DNA from: a virus
Lineage: Duplodnaviria > Caudoviricetes
DNA length: 64,000 bases
IMG/VR virus record: IMGVR_UViG_3300012974_000540
Span: 29,343 to 93,342 of that record
Direction: 5' to 3' (one strand)
Positions 33,893 to 43,461 of the stretch are shown in pieces. Every line of letters begins with the position of its first letter. Positions within the stretch are counted from its first letter, which is position 1. Both the position numbers and the translations under genes were made by a program. The notes under the pieces were generated by a model, which searched no databases, was not told the origin of the DNA, and worked only from the letters and a program-made list of their open reading frames with translations.

Positions 33893-34312
33893 CTAGTGCT
33901 CCACCCGGCGCATCCTCGGCATGTCGCCGCGATAGTTGATCGGCTGCGCGACATGCGCCTGGTGCCAGTCGTCCTCCATGTCCTGCGCCCAGGTGGAGCA
34001 GGCCTCCAGGCCCTCGACAAAGCCCACCTCTTCGGCCACCCGCCACAGGATCTCGGGCGATGGCGTGCCCTTCGACAGGAGGTTCGTCAGCGACAGGTGG
34101 CGGACGGGGCCGACCGGGTGGCCCAGCTCGATCGACAGGATCGCCAGCAGGCCGCCGCGCAGCAGCACGGCCCGGCCATCCAGGCTCTCCTGAAGCTGCT
34201 TCCGGCGGGCGGGATCATCCGACGCTTCCCGCTCCATCGCGATGTGGAAGGGCTTGTCGGCGGCTTTCTGGCGCATCTCGCGCAGCGCGTCGCATTCCTG
34301 TTGTGTCAGCAT
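33893..34312 (-). CDS. hypothetical protein
   Basis: 139 aa; SIE..HP.G..RHLS..P. Confidence 0.65.
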   Translation of the reverse strand: MLTQQECDALREMRQKAADKPFHIAMEREASDDPARRKQLQESLDGRAVLLRGGLLAILSIELGHPVGPVRHLSLTNLLSKGTPSPEILWRVAEEVGFVEGLEACSTWAQDMEDDWHQAHVAQPINYRGDMPRMRRVEH

Positions 34313-34471
34313 CCTGGTGGTCCGTGGTGGGTGGCTCCGGTGGACATCGGCGCCGAGCGGTGACTAGGATCGTCTTCCCTGCTCTGCGGGGATGACGCCA
34401 CTCTGACGTCCATTCCGATGGTCTCCCCGCTCAGCGGGGACGGCGGCGCTGGCAAGGTTCGCAGCGCCGCC

Positions 34472-34744
34472 TCACGACCTGCCACCGCTCCACCGCCCGA
34501 CCAGCACGCGCGCGTCGGCCTGGATGCGCCGCTCCGCTGCCTGCTCCATGGCGGCCTGGGTGCGCGCGGCGGCCTGCACATGCGCATCGACCCAGTTCAG
34601 CAGGGCGCGCAGCATCCCGGCCGCGTCGCGGCAGTCGGCATCCTGGCGCAGATCGAGGCGCGCGGCGAGGGCCAGGACTTGCGAGCGGACGCGGGCCTGC
34701 GCCGCACTCGACTCTCCATGGGTCGTGATGGTCGTCGTTGGCAT
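34472..34744 (-). CDS. hypothetical protein
   Basis: 90 aa; same ACCAGGATG start context as the neighbour. Confidence 0.55.
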   Translation of the reverse strand: MPTTTITTHGESSAAQARVRSQVLALAARLDLRQDADCRDAAGMLRALLNWVDAHVQAAARTQAAMEQAAERRIQADARVLVGRWSGGRS

Positions 34745-34832
34745 CCTGGTGTCCCGCAGGTGGTAAGGGCGTGCAACCGATAAGGCTCCCTTCCCAGGTG
34801 GTGCTTACCGGAGGGGAGCGGTGCGATCGAGG

Positions 34833-35420
34833 TCAGTTCCAGCCTTCGATCCATGCCTTGATAGCATCGGGACCGCGCTGCGCCTCCAACAATCCTGCCG
34901 CCATCAGCATCCGCGAGGCGTCGTCCTGCCAGGCCGTGTGCTTCGCCAGGTCGGAGCACATCGAGGCCCAGGCCTGCTGGGTATCGCCAAAAGCCACATA
35001 CTGCAGGGCGCGCTCCTTCGCCCAGGCGAGGTGGGCGGTGCGGTCGGAGAGGAGATCGGACATGGCGGGGATTCCGAAGCGGGCGAGGTAGAGGTGGATG
35101 GCCGTCAGGACGACATCGGCGACCGTCACGTTGCGGCGCTCGGCGAATTCCATCACCGCATCCTGGAGGAGCCCGGGCAGCACGATCTGGTAGCGGTCGC
35201 CGGCGCGCGGGGCCGCCAGGAACAGGGCGCGATCCTCGCGGATCGGCAGGCGCATCAGGTCGGTGAGTGCTTCCGCGAAGGCGGGCCGGACGGTGCGGGC
35301 CTGGCCTCGGGTCTCGGTGCGGGACTGGGCCACCCGGTGCATTTCCAGGCGTATCCAGGTCGGTAGTCGGAGGCTGATGGTGGGTCTTGGCGGTGCGGTG
35401 CGTTTCGGGCGGGTCGCCAT
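34833..35420 (-). CDS. hypothetical protein with RHH-like N-terminus
   Basis: TISLRLPTWIR..; possibly two genes (internal MSDLLS). Confidence 0.5.
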   Translation of the reverse strand: MATRPKRTAPPRPTISLRLPTWIRLEMHRVAQSRTETRGQARTVRPAFAEALTDLMRLPIREDRALFLAAPRAGDRYQIVLPGLLQDAVMEFAERRNVTVADVVLTAIHLYLARFGIPAMSDLLSDRTAHLAWAKERALQYVAFGDTQQAWASMCSDLAKHTAWQDDASRMLMAAGLLEAQRGPDAIKAWIEGWN

Positions 35421-35468
35421 CAGGCGGGCCTCTGGTTGCCCAAGGCGCGTGCGATGAGGGGCGCGGGA

Positions 35469-35776
35469 GAATCTGGCGATGGCGCGAGCCTGGGCCTGAA
35501 AGGCTGCCCTGGTAATTCCTGCATCACATCTGAACCTTCATCGTGTATAGCATTCGGCGGCCCGGCCTCGTGCGCGCGCCGGGAATCTCCGCAACTGGCC
35601 GCCTGGTGGCCGCACGCTTGCCGGAGAGCTGCGCTACGGGAATCGCCCCCAGCTCTCGGCGCCACGATGCATGTTAACAATCTTGACGAATGTTAACACG
35701 CTGATTCTCCCTTTAGATTCACCGTGTTAACAATCTCGTTTGATGTTAACATAGGAATGAATCTGCGGTTAGATTC
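35469..35776. promoter_or_regulatory. AT-rich control region with 4 TGTTAACA palindromes and 7 GANTC sites
   Basis: TGTTAACA at 35672, 35691, 35725, 35744; GANTC at 35469, 35583, 35640, 35703, 35716, 35759, 35772. Confidence 0.65.
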
Positions 35777-35951
35777 ACGTAATGGAAAAATCGCAGAGCA
35801 GCAAAGTCATCGGCGTGCGGATCGGCGAAGCCGATTATGCCGCCCTCGCCACCCTTGCGGAAAAGGAAGATCGCCCCGTCGGAGCGATGGCGCGGATCAT
35901 CCTTCTCGCATTCCTGCAATCCCGGCGGGACGGCCCATCCCAGGATGAGCG

Positions 35952-36734
35952 GTGACGCCCCTCGACGGCGACGGCGTAGGCCAGATCGTCGAGAACAACC
36001 GGGACGCGCTCGAAGGCCTCATCCGCCATGTGCGTGATGACGTGCTGGACGCATGGCCCGACCCGCTGACGCCGGAGAGTTTCGGTGGCATCGCCGCCGG
36101 CGTCCACGAGCTGGGCGACCAGCAGATGGCCGCCATCATCGCGCGGGCGCGCCGCACCCTTGGCCGAAGCCCGGCCTGCAGCAAGGGGTGCGGGATGTGC
36201 TGCTACCAGAAGGTCGAGCCGACCAGCTCCGAGCTGGCGTTGATGGCGGCGGCGATCCTCGGCGGTGGCGATGCCGACCAGGTGCGCGATTCCTGCGCGC
36301 GGACGGTGGCGCGGCTCGCCTCGGTGAGCGACCGCTACGCCGCCAGCATCCCCTGCCCCCTGCTGGAGCGCGGACGGGTCTGCGGCATCTACGCCTATCG
36401 GCCCGCCATGTGCCGGGGCCACCTGTCGCTCTCGCGCGTCGCCTGCGAAAAGGACTGGCGCCATCGCGGCAAGGCCGACTACGCCGAGAAGGCGCGCATC
36501 CCGATGATCGGCGAGACGCCTGTGGTGCAGCAGGCCGTGCGGATCGGGGCGGATGCGGCGGCCCGCCGGAAGGGCCTGCAAATGGTCCGCGTCGAGCTGG
36601 CGCACGGCCTGCTCGGGATGCTGCGGCCTGGCGCGCTGGAGCTGTGGCTGGCGGGCGGCGAGCTGTGGCAGGACGTGCCCGACGAGCAGATCCGCCGTGA
36701 CTACACGGACACCCTCGACCGCTTCGCCGCGTGA
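35952..36734 (+). CDS. YkgJ-family cysteine-cluster protein
   Basis: CSKGCGMCC..CPLL..CGIYAYRPAMCR. Confidence 0.8.
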   Translation: MTPLDGDGVGQIVENNRDALEGLIRHVRDDVLDAWPDPLTPESFGGIAAGVHELGDQQMAAIIARARRTLGRSPACSKGCGMCCYQKVEPTSSELALMAAAILGGGDADQVRDSCARTVARLASVSDRYAASIPCPLLERGRVCGIYAYRPAMCRGHLSLSRVACEKDWRHRGKADYAEKARIPMIGETPVVQQAVRIGADAAARRKGLQMVRVELAHGLLGMLRPGALELWLAGGELWQDVPDEQIRRDYTDTLDRFAA

Positions 36735-37105
36735 GCATCCTTCTCGCCGGCCTGCGGATCAGCGTCCATGACTGGTTGCCGCCCGGCAGTCAGGCCTTCA
36801 CCCGCGAGGGGCAGATCGTCGGCTTCGGGCGTCTCGGCTCGCGCTGCCCCCACCGCTTCGACGGCCTGATCCTGCACCCGCAGGATTACGACCGCCTGAC
36901 AGGGATTCTCCACTCCCATGCTGCTGCCCCTTCCGAAAGAGATGGCGCTGCTGTCGCCCCGCAGCCGCCGGGTGCAGCTCTACGCGCTGGCTGATCGCGC
37001 CCCCGCCCGGTCGCCCGAGCGCCGCGCCTATCTCCGCGCCGCCGCCGTGGTGTCGCGGGAGATCGCGGAGGCCGCGCCCGAGGCCAAGAAGAGGAAGCCC
37101 GCCTG

Positions 37106-39598
37106 ATGCAGCCTGCCGCCCCCACGCCCGCCCAGGCCGCCGCAGGGAACTACCGCAAGGGGCGCCTGCGCCTCTGTGGCCTGCGCATCGCCATCGAGAC
37201 GCCGAAGGGCGCGGTGCGCCGCGGCGTCGGCCCGGATGGCACGCCCTGGGAATGCACCATGCCTGGGGACTATGGTGATATCGGCGGCACGCGCGGCGCG
37301 GACGGCGACCCCATCGACGTGACGGTGGGGCCGTTCGGCACCCAGGGGGAGCGCCACCTCGTCTATGTCGTGGACCAGCTCGGCGAGGATGGCGCCTTCG
37401 ACGAGCATAAATGCTTCCTCGGCTATGCCACCCAGGCCGAGGCGGTCGAAGCCTACGACGCCAGTTTCTCGGACGGGCGCGGCCCGGAGCGGCGCGGCGC
37501 CGTGACCTCGCTGCCCTTCATCGCCTTCCGGGCCTGGGTGCGCTCGGGCGACACCCGCAAGCCACTCGCCTGGCGCCCGGAGTTGACGCAGCGTCAAGAC
37601 GCGCCTGCCCCGGCCGTGGAGGCCGCCACCCTCGGCAGCACCGCGCAGGCCCAGGTTTCCGAGCTGCCGGCGCCCTTCGGGGTGCGGATGCTCACCCTCG
37701 GGAAGCGCGAGAAGGGCAGCCCTCTCAGCGAGGCCGAGATCCAGCAGCGCCGGGACGCCGCCAAGGCGCGGTGGCGGGATGCCGGCGCCACCGCCGTCGG
37801 CGCCGCCGCTGGCGCGGGCCTGGGCACCCTCGCCGCGCGCCGCCTCGCCGACCGCAAGGGGGCCGAGGCCCCGACCCCCGACCGGGTGCGCCGCCTCCGC
37901 CTCGCCTGGCTCGACCGCCAGGAGGACCGCATCACCGCCGCGCGCGCCGCGAAGGAGCGGCTGATCCGGCGGCCCTTCACGCGCCCGGCCGAGAGCGAGA
38001 AGCCCGGCAGGCCGCTCTCCCCCGTCTCCCTGCGCGTGCGCCAGGTGCGCGGTGCCATCGCCCCCACCGAGGCGCGGCGCGGGGCGTTGCAGGACCGCCT
38101 GCGCCAGCTCGACACGGCCTGGGAGCGCGGTGAGAGCCTTCCTGGCCCCGGAGAGGCCCAGGTCCGCCGGGAGCTGGCCTCCCTGCCCTCCACGGCCGTC
38201 CAGCAGGCCGAGATCGAGCGCCTGAAGGCCGCCAAGCCCCGCCGCTACGCCCAGGTGGGCGAGGCCGAGGTGACGCGCCGCACCGAGAGCTGGGGCATGC
38301 GGCGCCGGATCAAGCGCGAGGGGATGCCCGACACCGTGAAGCACAGCCAGGCCCTCGGCCTGACGGGCTTCTCGTGGCAGCGGAAGGGCGGGCGCCGCAA
38401 GGTGCCCTCGACCATTCCCGACGGCGAGATGCGGAACATCCGCTACGCCCTGCGCGGCAAGGCCGACATGGTGGAGAGCGCCGCCCGCGACCGGGCCGCG
38501 CGCAACGCCCCGAAGCAGAATGCCCGCCTCGCCGCCGGCCTCGCCGAGCGCACGCGGCGCATGGTGATGGGGCGGGTCGGCCTGCGCTACGCCGCGGCGG
38601 CGGGCGCGGCGGGCGCGGCGGCGGGCTATCTCGGCAGCCAGATGGGCAAGGCCGATGAGCCGGGAGTCCTGTCCAAGGCCGCGCCCACCCCCTCGAAGGC
38701 GGATGAGGCCACGCTGGCCCAGCGGATCGCGGCGGTGTTCCGTGACTGGTACGAGAACCCGCAGGCCATCGACCCGGCGAAGCTGCGCGACGCCACCGTG
38801 CCGACCGCCGACCTGTTCCTGCGCGGGGCGGCCTCCTCCGGCATCTACGCCGACACCGACCGCGAGAACCCGCGCCGCTTCGTGGATGTCGCCTTCGACC
38901 GGCGCAACCCGCGCGTCGAGGAGGCGGCGACGCGCCATCACATCACCCTGGTCGGCGAGATCACCCAGACGCAGCAGCGCGCCATCCAGGCGGCCATCAC
39001 CGAGCAGGCCCGCCTCGGCATGAGCCCGCAGGAGGCGGCGCGGCGCGTGCGGGATTCCATCGGCCTCACCGAGACCCAGGCACACCACGTCGCCACCTTC
39101 CGCACCCAGCTCCGCACCGGAGATCCGCGCGTGCTGAACCGGGCGCTGCGCGACCGCCGCTTCGACAAGTCCATTGAGCGCGCCCTGGCCGAGAAGCGCC
39201 CCCTGAAGGACGAGCAGGTGGAGCGGATGGTGGACGCCTATCACCGCCGCTACCTCGCCTACCGGGCGACCACCATCGCGCGCACCGAGGGCGTGCGCGC
39301 GGCCAACACCGGCTCAGTCGAGGGTATCCGCGCCCAGCTCGACGCCTTCCCCGACCTCACGGTGGTGAAGACCTGGCAGGCCACCGACGACGAGCGCACG
39401 CGGGATGATCATGTCGGCCTGGACGGGCGGCAGGCGGTCGGCATCGACAGTCACTTCGTCTGCCGGTCGGGCGACACCATCCGCTACCCGCACGACCCGC
39501 TGGCCCCGGCGCGGCAGACGATCAACTGCCGCTGCACGGTGAAATGGACCCTGGTGCCGCGCGCCACCGCCCCGCGGCTGGTGGCCGAAGGCGTCTAG
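37106..39598 (+). CDS. polyvalent protein: inorganic-pyrophosphatase-like domain, QRRDAAKARW module, MuF head morphogenesis domain
   Basis: GNYRKG..IETPKG..DYG..GADGDPIDV..DQ..FDEHK; RATTIARTE..KTW..DERTRDDH..INCRC. Confidence 0.88.
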   Translation: MQPAAPTPAQAAAGNYRKGRLRLCGLRIAIETPKGAVRRGVGPDGTPWECTMPGDYGDIGGTRGADGDPIDVTVGPFGTQGERHLVYVVDQLGEDGAFDEHKCFLGYATQAEAVEAYDASFSDGRGPERRGAVTSLPFIAFRAWVRSGDTRKPLAWRPELTQRQDAPAPAVEAATLGSTAQAQVSELPAPFGVRMLTLGKREKGSPLSEAEIQQRRDAAKARWRDAGATAVGAAAGAGLGTLAARRLADRKGAEAPTPDRVRRLRLAWLDRQEDRITAARAAKERLIRRPFTRPAESEKPGRPLSPVSLRVRQVRGAIAPTEARRGALQDRLRQLDTAWERGESLPGPGEAQVRRELASLPSTAVQQAEIERLKAAKPRRYAQVGEAEVTRRTESWGMRRRIKREGMPDTVKHSQALGLTGFSWQRKGGRRKVPSTIPDGEMRNIRYALRGKADMVESAARDRAARNAPKQNARLAAGLAERTRRMVMGRVGLRYAAAAGAAGAAAGYLGSQMGKADEPGVLSKAAPTPSKADEATLAQRIAAVFRDWYENPQAIDPAKLRDATVPTADLFLRGAASSGIYADTDRENPRRFVDVAFDRRNPRVEEAATRHHITLVGEITQTQQRAIQAAITEQARLGMSPQEAARRVRDSIGLTETQAHHVATFRTQLRTGDPRVLNRALRDRRFDKSIERALAEKRPLKDEQVERMVDAYHRRYLAYRATTIARTEGVRAANTGSVEGIRAQLDAFPDLTVVKTWQATDDERTRDDHVGLDGRQAVGIDSHFVCRSGDTIRYPHDPLAPARQTINCRCTVKWTLVPRATAPRLVAEGV

Positions 39599-40281
39599 CG
39601 GGGGCTTTCGGGCATCACGGGCCACGGCCGCGCGCCGACCGGCTCGGGCTGCCGGTGCGGATAGCGGACCAACCCCTCCAGGGACGCGATGCAGCAGACC
39701 GACACGATTCGGATCTGCTGGTCGCGGTCGAGCGCGTCGAACCCATCCTCGGTGACGGCATCCTGGCCGAACGCCGCCTCGACGACCTCATCCAGCCGCT
39801 GCTCCGCGAGCGCCTGGCTGCCGTAGCGCAGCTCGGGCCTCTCGGCCGCGACCTCCGCGATCTGCCGCATCAGCTCCTCGGGCAGCCGCAGATGGATGTC
39901 GTGCAGCACGAAGACGCGGTGCTCAGGCTCCGGGGGCGGGCCGTCGCTGATCTGCAGGAGGCCGGCCAGCAGCCTGATGGCCGAACTCCTGGCCTCCGCC
40001 TCGGTGGCGAGCGGGTATGCCACCGATGAGCCGAACGTATTCGGGACGCCGGGCGGCGTGTTGCTCAGGTGGATGTCGGCGATCCAGCCCCCCTTCTCGC
40101 CGCGCTCGATGGTGACCGCTGCCAGGTTCTCCTCGCGGACATAGGGCAGCATCGACCGGCCGAGCGGCGACATCGCCTCGGGGTCGATGAGGGGCTTCGT
40201 CAGCTTGGCCTTCAGTTCCCTGGCGGCCGGCAAGAGTTCCCCCAGCAGGCGCTGCTGGGGTGTCAGTGAGCCTGAGAACAT
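39595..40281 (-). CDS. antisense accessory (moron-like) protein
   Basis: AAAGGAG SD before MFSGSL; stop overlaps the MuF stop. Confidence 0.65.
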   Translation of the reverse strand: MFSGSLTPQQRLLGELLPAARELKAKLTKPLIDPEAMSPLGRSMLPYVREENLAAVTIERGEKGGWIADIHLSNTPPGVPNTFGSSVAYPLATEAEARSSAIRLLAGLLQISDGPPPEPEHRVFVLHDIHLRLPEELMRQIAEVAAERPELRYGSQALAEQRLDEVVEAAFGQDAVTEDGFDALDRDQQIRIVSVCCIASLEGLVRYPHRQPEPVGARPWPVMPESPR

Positions 40282-40354
40282 CGGGTCTCCTTTGCGTGGC
40301 CGGCCTGAGCTGCCCGCGCTCCTACCAGAATCATTACGAAAGGACAGGTCCGCC

Positions 40355-42865
40355 ATGCGGGAACCTTTGGGGAAAGGCGTGCTCGGGAGCCTGGGTGCCC
40401 GGCTGGCCGTGGGTGCCACGCGCGGCAAAGTGGCGCTGAAGGCCACCCGGATGCGCAACCAGACCTACGGCAAGATTTCGCGGGCCGGGACCGATATCGA
40501 TGCCAGCGGACGCCGGGGCCTGAGCTGGGACCAGCAGGTGGCCGCCGCTGCCGTGGCGAATACCGCCGCCGGGGCGAAGTTGCACAACGGCACCCGCGCC
40601 GCCGCCCGCATCGGCCGCGCGCGCGGCGAGGCCGTCGAAGGCGCCATCAAGCGCAACAAGTGGCCGCTGGCCGGCATCGCCGCGGCGACGGGCGCGGCCG
40701 GCTATTCCGCCCATCACCGCCAGAAGCGAAAGCAGGAAGCCAAGGTGCTCAAAGCGGACCCGCTCGCGCCCATCGAGGCGCTGCTGGAGAAGATGGACCC
40801 CGAGGCCCAGGGACGGGCGGTGTTCACCCTGCAGCACCACTGGTCCGAGATCCTCGGGCACGAGGCCGATTTGCAGAAGCTCGACCCCGCCGGGCAGGCT
40901 GAGGCGATGGCGGCCTGGGCGGGCGAAGACCCGCTGCGCAAGGCGGCCTGGGGCGCGGTGGCGCACCGGTTCGTGCGGCCAGCGGTCGAGGCCGTGACGG
41001 ATATCGGCGCCAGGAAAGTCTCGGACGGCATCCGCTCCGGGCGTCTCTCCCGCCGCACGGCTGCCGTCTTCGGGGGTGCCGCTGTCGGCGCCGCCGCTGG
41101 GGCCTCGATCCATGAGGGGCAGAGCCGGAAGAAGGACAAGGCCGTCGCCAAGAGCCTCACCACCGACGACCTGGTGAAGATCGCGCCGCCGGAGTTCCTG
41201 GCGGATCTCGATGCCGCCGGCCGGATCGACCGGGCCTCGATGCTCCACCGCGCCACCGCCGTCGCCAACGACATGCTGGCCCTGGACCACGAGATGGGCG
41301 CCATGCCGGTCGAGAAGGCGGAGGTGGTCGCCCAGGACTGGATGGGCAGCGGCAATGTGGCGCTGAAGAAGTGGGTGGGCGCCGCGATGTCCGCTGCCCG
41401 GCTGCTCGGCCGCGCCGGCCCGGCGGCCATGCGCGCCTGGTCGGTGGCCTCAACCGGCACCGGCGCCGCCAAGGCGGGCCTCTCGATGTCCAACCGCACC
41501 TTCCGGCGGTCCTCCCTGTCGCGCGGCGTCGTCCACGCGAAGCGGACCAGCGCGAAGTGGATGGATCGCGGCACGGCGGCGATGAACAGCAAGGGTGGCC
41601 GCCGGGCGCAGGCCGGGGCGGGCGCGGCCGGCATCGGGCTCACCGCCTATGACGGCTACGACATGCAGCAGCGCCACGCCGCCCGCGCCGCCTCCGCCAA
41701 CTGGCAGCAGGGCACCTCGCTCGGGAAGCGGGAGATCGGACCCCAGGGGCTGAGCGAGGCCGAGCGCGAGCAGCGGCGCGCGGCGGCGCGGGCTCGGTGG
41801 GAGAAGGAGCGTCCCGCCGCCCGCACGGAACGCCGCCTCCCCAACGGGAGCTACGGCAAGGAAGGCGCCGCGGCCGGTGGCGCCATCGGGGCCGCCTTCG
41901 GTGGTGTCGCGAGCCGGCGCCTGCGTGGGGCCGGGATCGGCGCGGTGGCGGGCGCCGCCGTGGGTCTCGGGCTGGGCGGGATCTTCCGCAAGACGCGCAC
42001 GGAGGTCACCGACCGCACTGCCCAGCAGCAGAGTGAGCGTGCCTCATACGCCAGCCGCAAGGGCGGTGATGCGCTGGCGGACCAGTACGACTTTGGCGAC
42101 TGGCGGAAGGAGAACCCCGGCCAGATCCAGCGCCTGGACCGCGAACCGAAGGCTCGCCGCGAGGTGGTCGCTCACTACAACCAGTGGTCCACCAACCGCT
42201 ACCGGAAGCCGGCGGAAGGTCTCGGCAAGCGGGAGAAGGGCAAGCCGCTCTCCGAGGCCGAGCTGCAACAGCGGCGCGACGCGGCGAAGAAGCGCGCGGA
42301 GTCCCAGCAGCGCGTCGGGCGGGCTGCCGATGTCGGCGCGGTGGCGGGCGCCGGCCTGGGCGCGGCGGCTAGCATGGCGGCCCCCGGCGCCATCAGCGCG
42401 GCCCTGGCCTACCGGAGGGCGCCGACCCGCCAGGGCGCGGCCGACGGGGCCTTCGAGCGGCAGAGGCACCACAGCGCGGTCCATGCCGAGATCAGCGCCA
42501 CGGGCGCGGCGAGTCACGGCGGGCTGAAGTACGGCGAGCTGAGGGGGCGCGGCGCCTACACGGACATGATGATGGGGCGTCGGCCGGGCACCTCCGCCGA
42601 ATTCTCCACCTCCCGCGGCATGACGGCCGGCAGCCGTCCCGACATCGGCCGGGTGCCGTTGGCGGAGCGTGAGTCGGCGCGGATCAGCTACGGCAAGGGG
42701 CGTCTCGCCGCGGCCAAGACGGGCTTCATGGAAGGCCTGCGCAGCGGCCCCAAGGCTCCCGGGTTGATCCTCGGCGGCACCGTTGGCGCGGTCCTCGGCG
42801 CCGCCGGCGCCGCCCACTGGCAACAGGCGCGCGAGCGTTCCGCCCGCACCAAGAAGAAGGACTGA
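40355..42865 (+). CDS. large modular head-associated protein with many LxK motifs and glycine zippers
   Basis: AAGGA SD; LGKG, VLKAD, LEKMD, LQKLD, LRKAA, VAKSL, VEKAE, LGKRE twice with QRR.AA modules. Confidence 0.75.
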   Translation: MREPLGKGVLGSLGARLAVGATRGKVALKATRMRNQTYGKISRAGTDIDASGRRGLSWDQQVAAAAVANTAAGAKLHNGTRAAARIGRARGEAVEGAIKRNKWPLAGIAAATGAAGYSAHHRQKRKQEAKVLKADPLAPIEALLEKMDPEAQGRAVFTLQHHWSEILGHEADLQKLDPAGQAEAMAAWAGEDPLRKAAWGAVAHRFVRPAVEAVTDIGARKVSDGIRSGRLSRRTAAVFGGAAVGAAAGASIHEGQSRKKDKAVAKSLTTDDLVKIAPPEFLADLDAAGRIDRASMLHRATAVANDMLALDHEMGAMPVEKAEVVAQDWMGSGNVALKKWVGAAMSAARLLGRAGPAAMRAWSVASTGTGAAKAGLSMSNRTFRRSSLSRGVVHAKRTSAKWMDRGTAAMNSKGGRRAQAGAGAAGIGLTAYDGYDMQQRHAARAASANWQQGTSLGKREIGPQGLSEAEREQRRAAARARWEKERPAARTERRLPNGSYGKEGAAAGGAIGAAFGGVASRRLRGAGIGAVAGAAVGLGLGGIFRKTRTEVTDRTAQQQSERASYASRKGGDALADQYDFGDWRKENPGQIQRLDREPKARREVVAHYNQWSTNRYRKPAEGLGKREKGKPLSEAELQQRRDAAKKRAESQQRVGRAADVGAVAGAGLGAAASMAAPGAISAALAYRRAPTRQGAADGAFERQRHHSAVHAEISATGAASHGGLKYGELRGRGAYTDMMMGRRPGTSAEFSTSRGMTAGSRPDIGRVPLAERESARISYGKGRLAAAKTGFMEGLRSGPKAPGLILGGTVGAVLGAAGAAHWQQARERSARTKKKD

Positions 42866-42870
42866 GCGCC

Positions 42871-43461
42871 ATGAACTTCGACATCCCGCTGTGCAAGATC
42901 GACGAGGAGCGGCGCCTGGTGATCGGGCGCGCCGTGCAGGAGGTCGTCGATCGGTCGGGGGAAATCCTCGACTACGAGAGCGCCAAGCCGGCCTTCCTGG
43001 AGTGGAGCAACAGCTTCGTGGAGGCCACGGGCGGCCTCTCCAAGGGCAATGTCCGCGTGATGCATGACAGCAAGCGCGTGGCGGGGAAGCTGGTGGACCT
43101 CTCCTTCAACGACCAGGACAAGGCCATCGATATCGTCGCGAAAATCGTTGACGATCAGGAGTGGAAAAAGGTCGTCGAAGGGGTTTATACTGGATTTTCG
43201 GTGGGCGGCGCCTATGCGCGCAAGTGGACGGATGAGAGCGGTCAGAACCGCTACACCCCCCGCGTCTCCGAGATCTCCCTCGTAGATCGCCCCTGTATCC
43301 AGACCTGCCGGATCATCGAACTGCATAAGGCCGACGGCTCCATCATGGAGCGTCGGATCGACGTGCTTCCCGGTCCGCTCACCCGCGCTGCGCCTCGCAC
43401 CTACGCCGCGATGGCCGCCGCCGCGCCCCGCACCTATGCCCAGATGAGGAGCCGCGCGTGA
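42871..43461 (+). CDS. prohead maturation protease (XkdF/HK97-like serine protease)
   Basis: KIDEERRLVIG..D..GE..NVRVMH..AGK..YTGFSVGG..EISLVDRP. Confidence 0.85.
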   Translation: MNFDIPLCKIDEERRLVIGRAVQEVVDRSGEILDYESAKPAFLEWSNSFVEATGGLSKGNVRVMHDSKRVAGKLVDLSFNDQDKAIDIVAKIVDDQEWKKVVEGVYTGFSVGGAYARKWTDESGQNRYTPRVSEISLVDRPCIQTCRIIELHKADGSIMERRIDVLPGPLTRAAPRTYAAMAAAAPRTYAQMRSRA

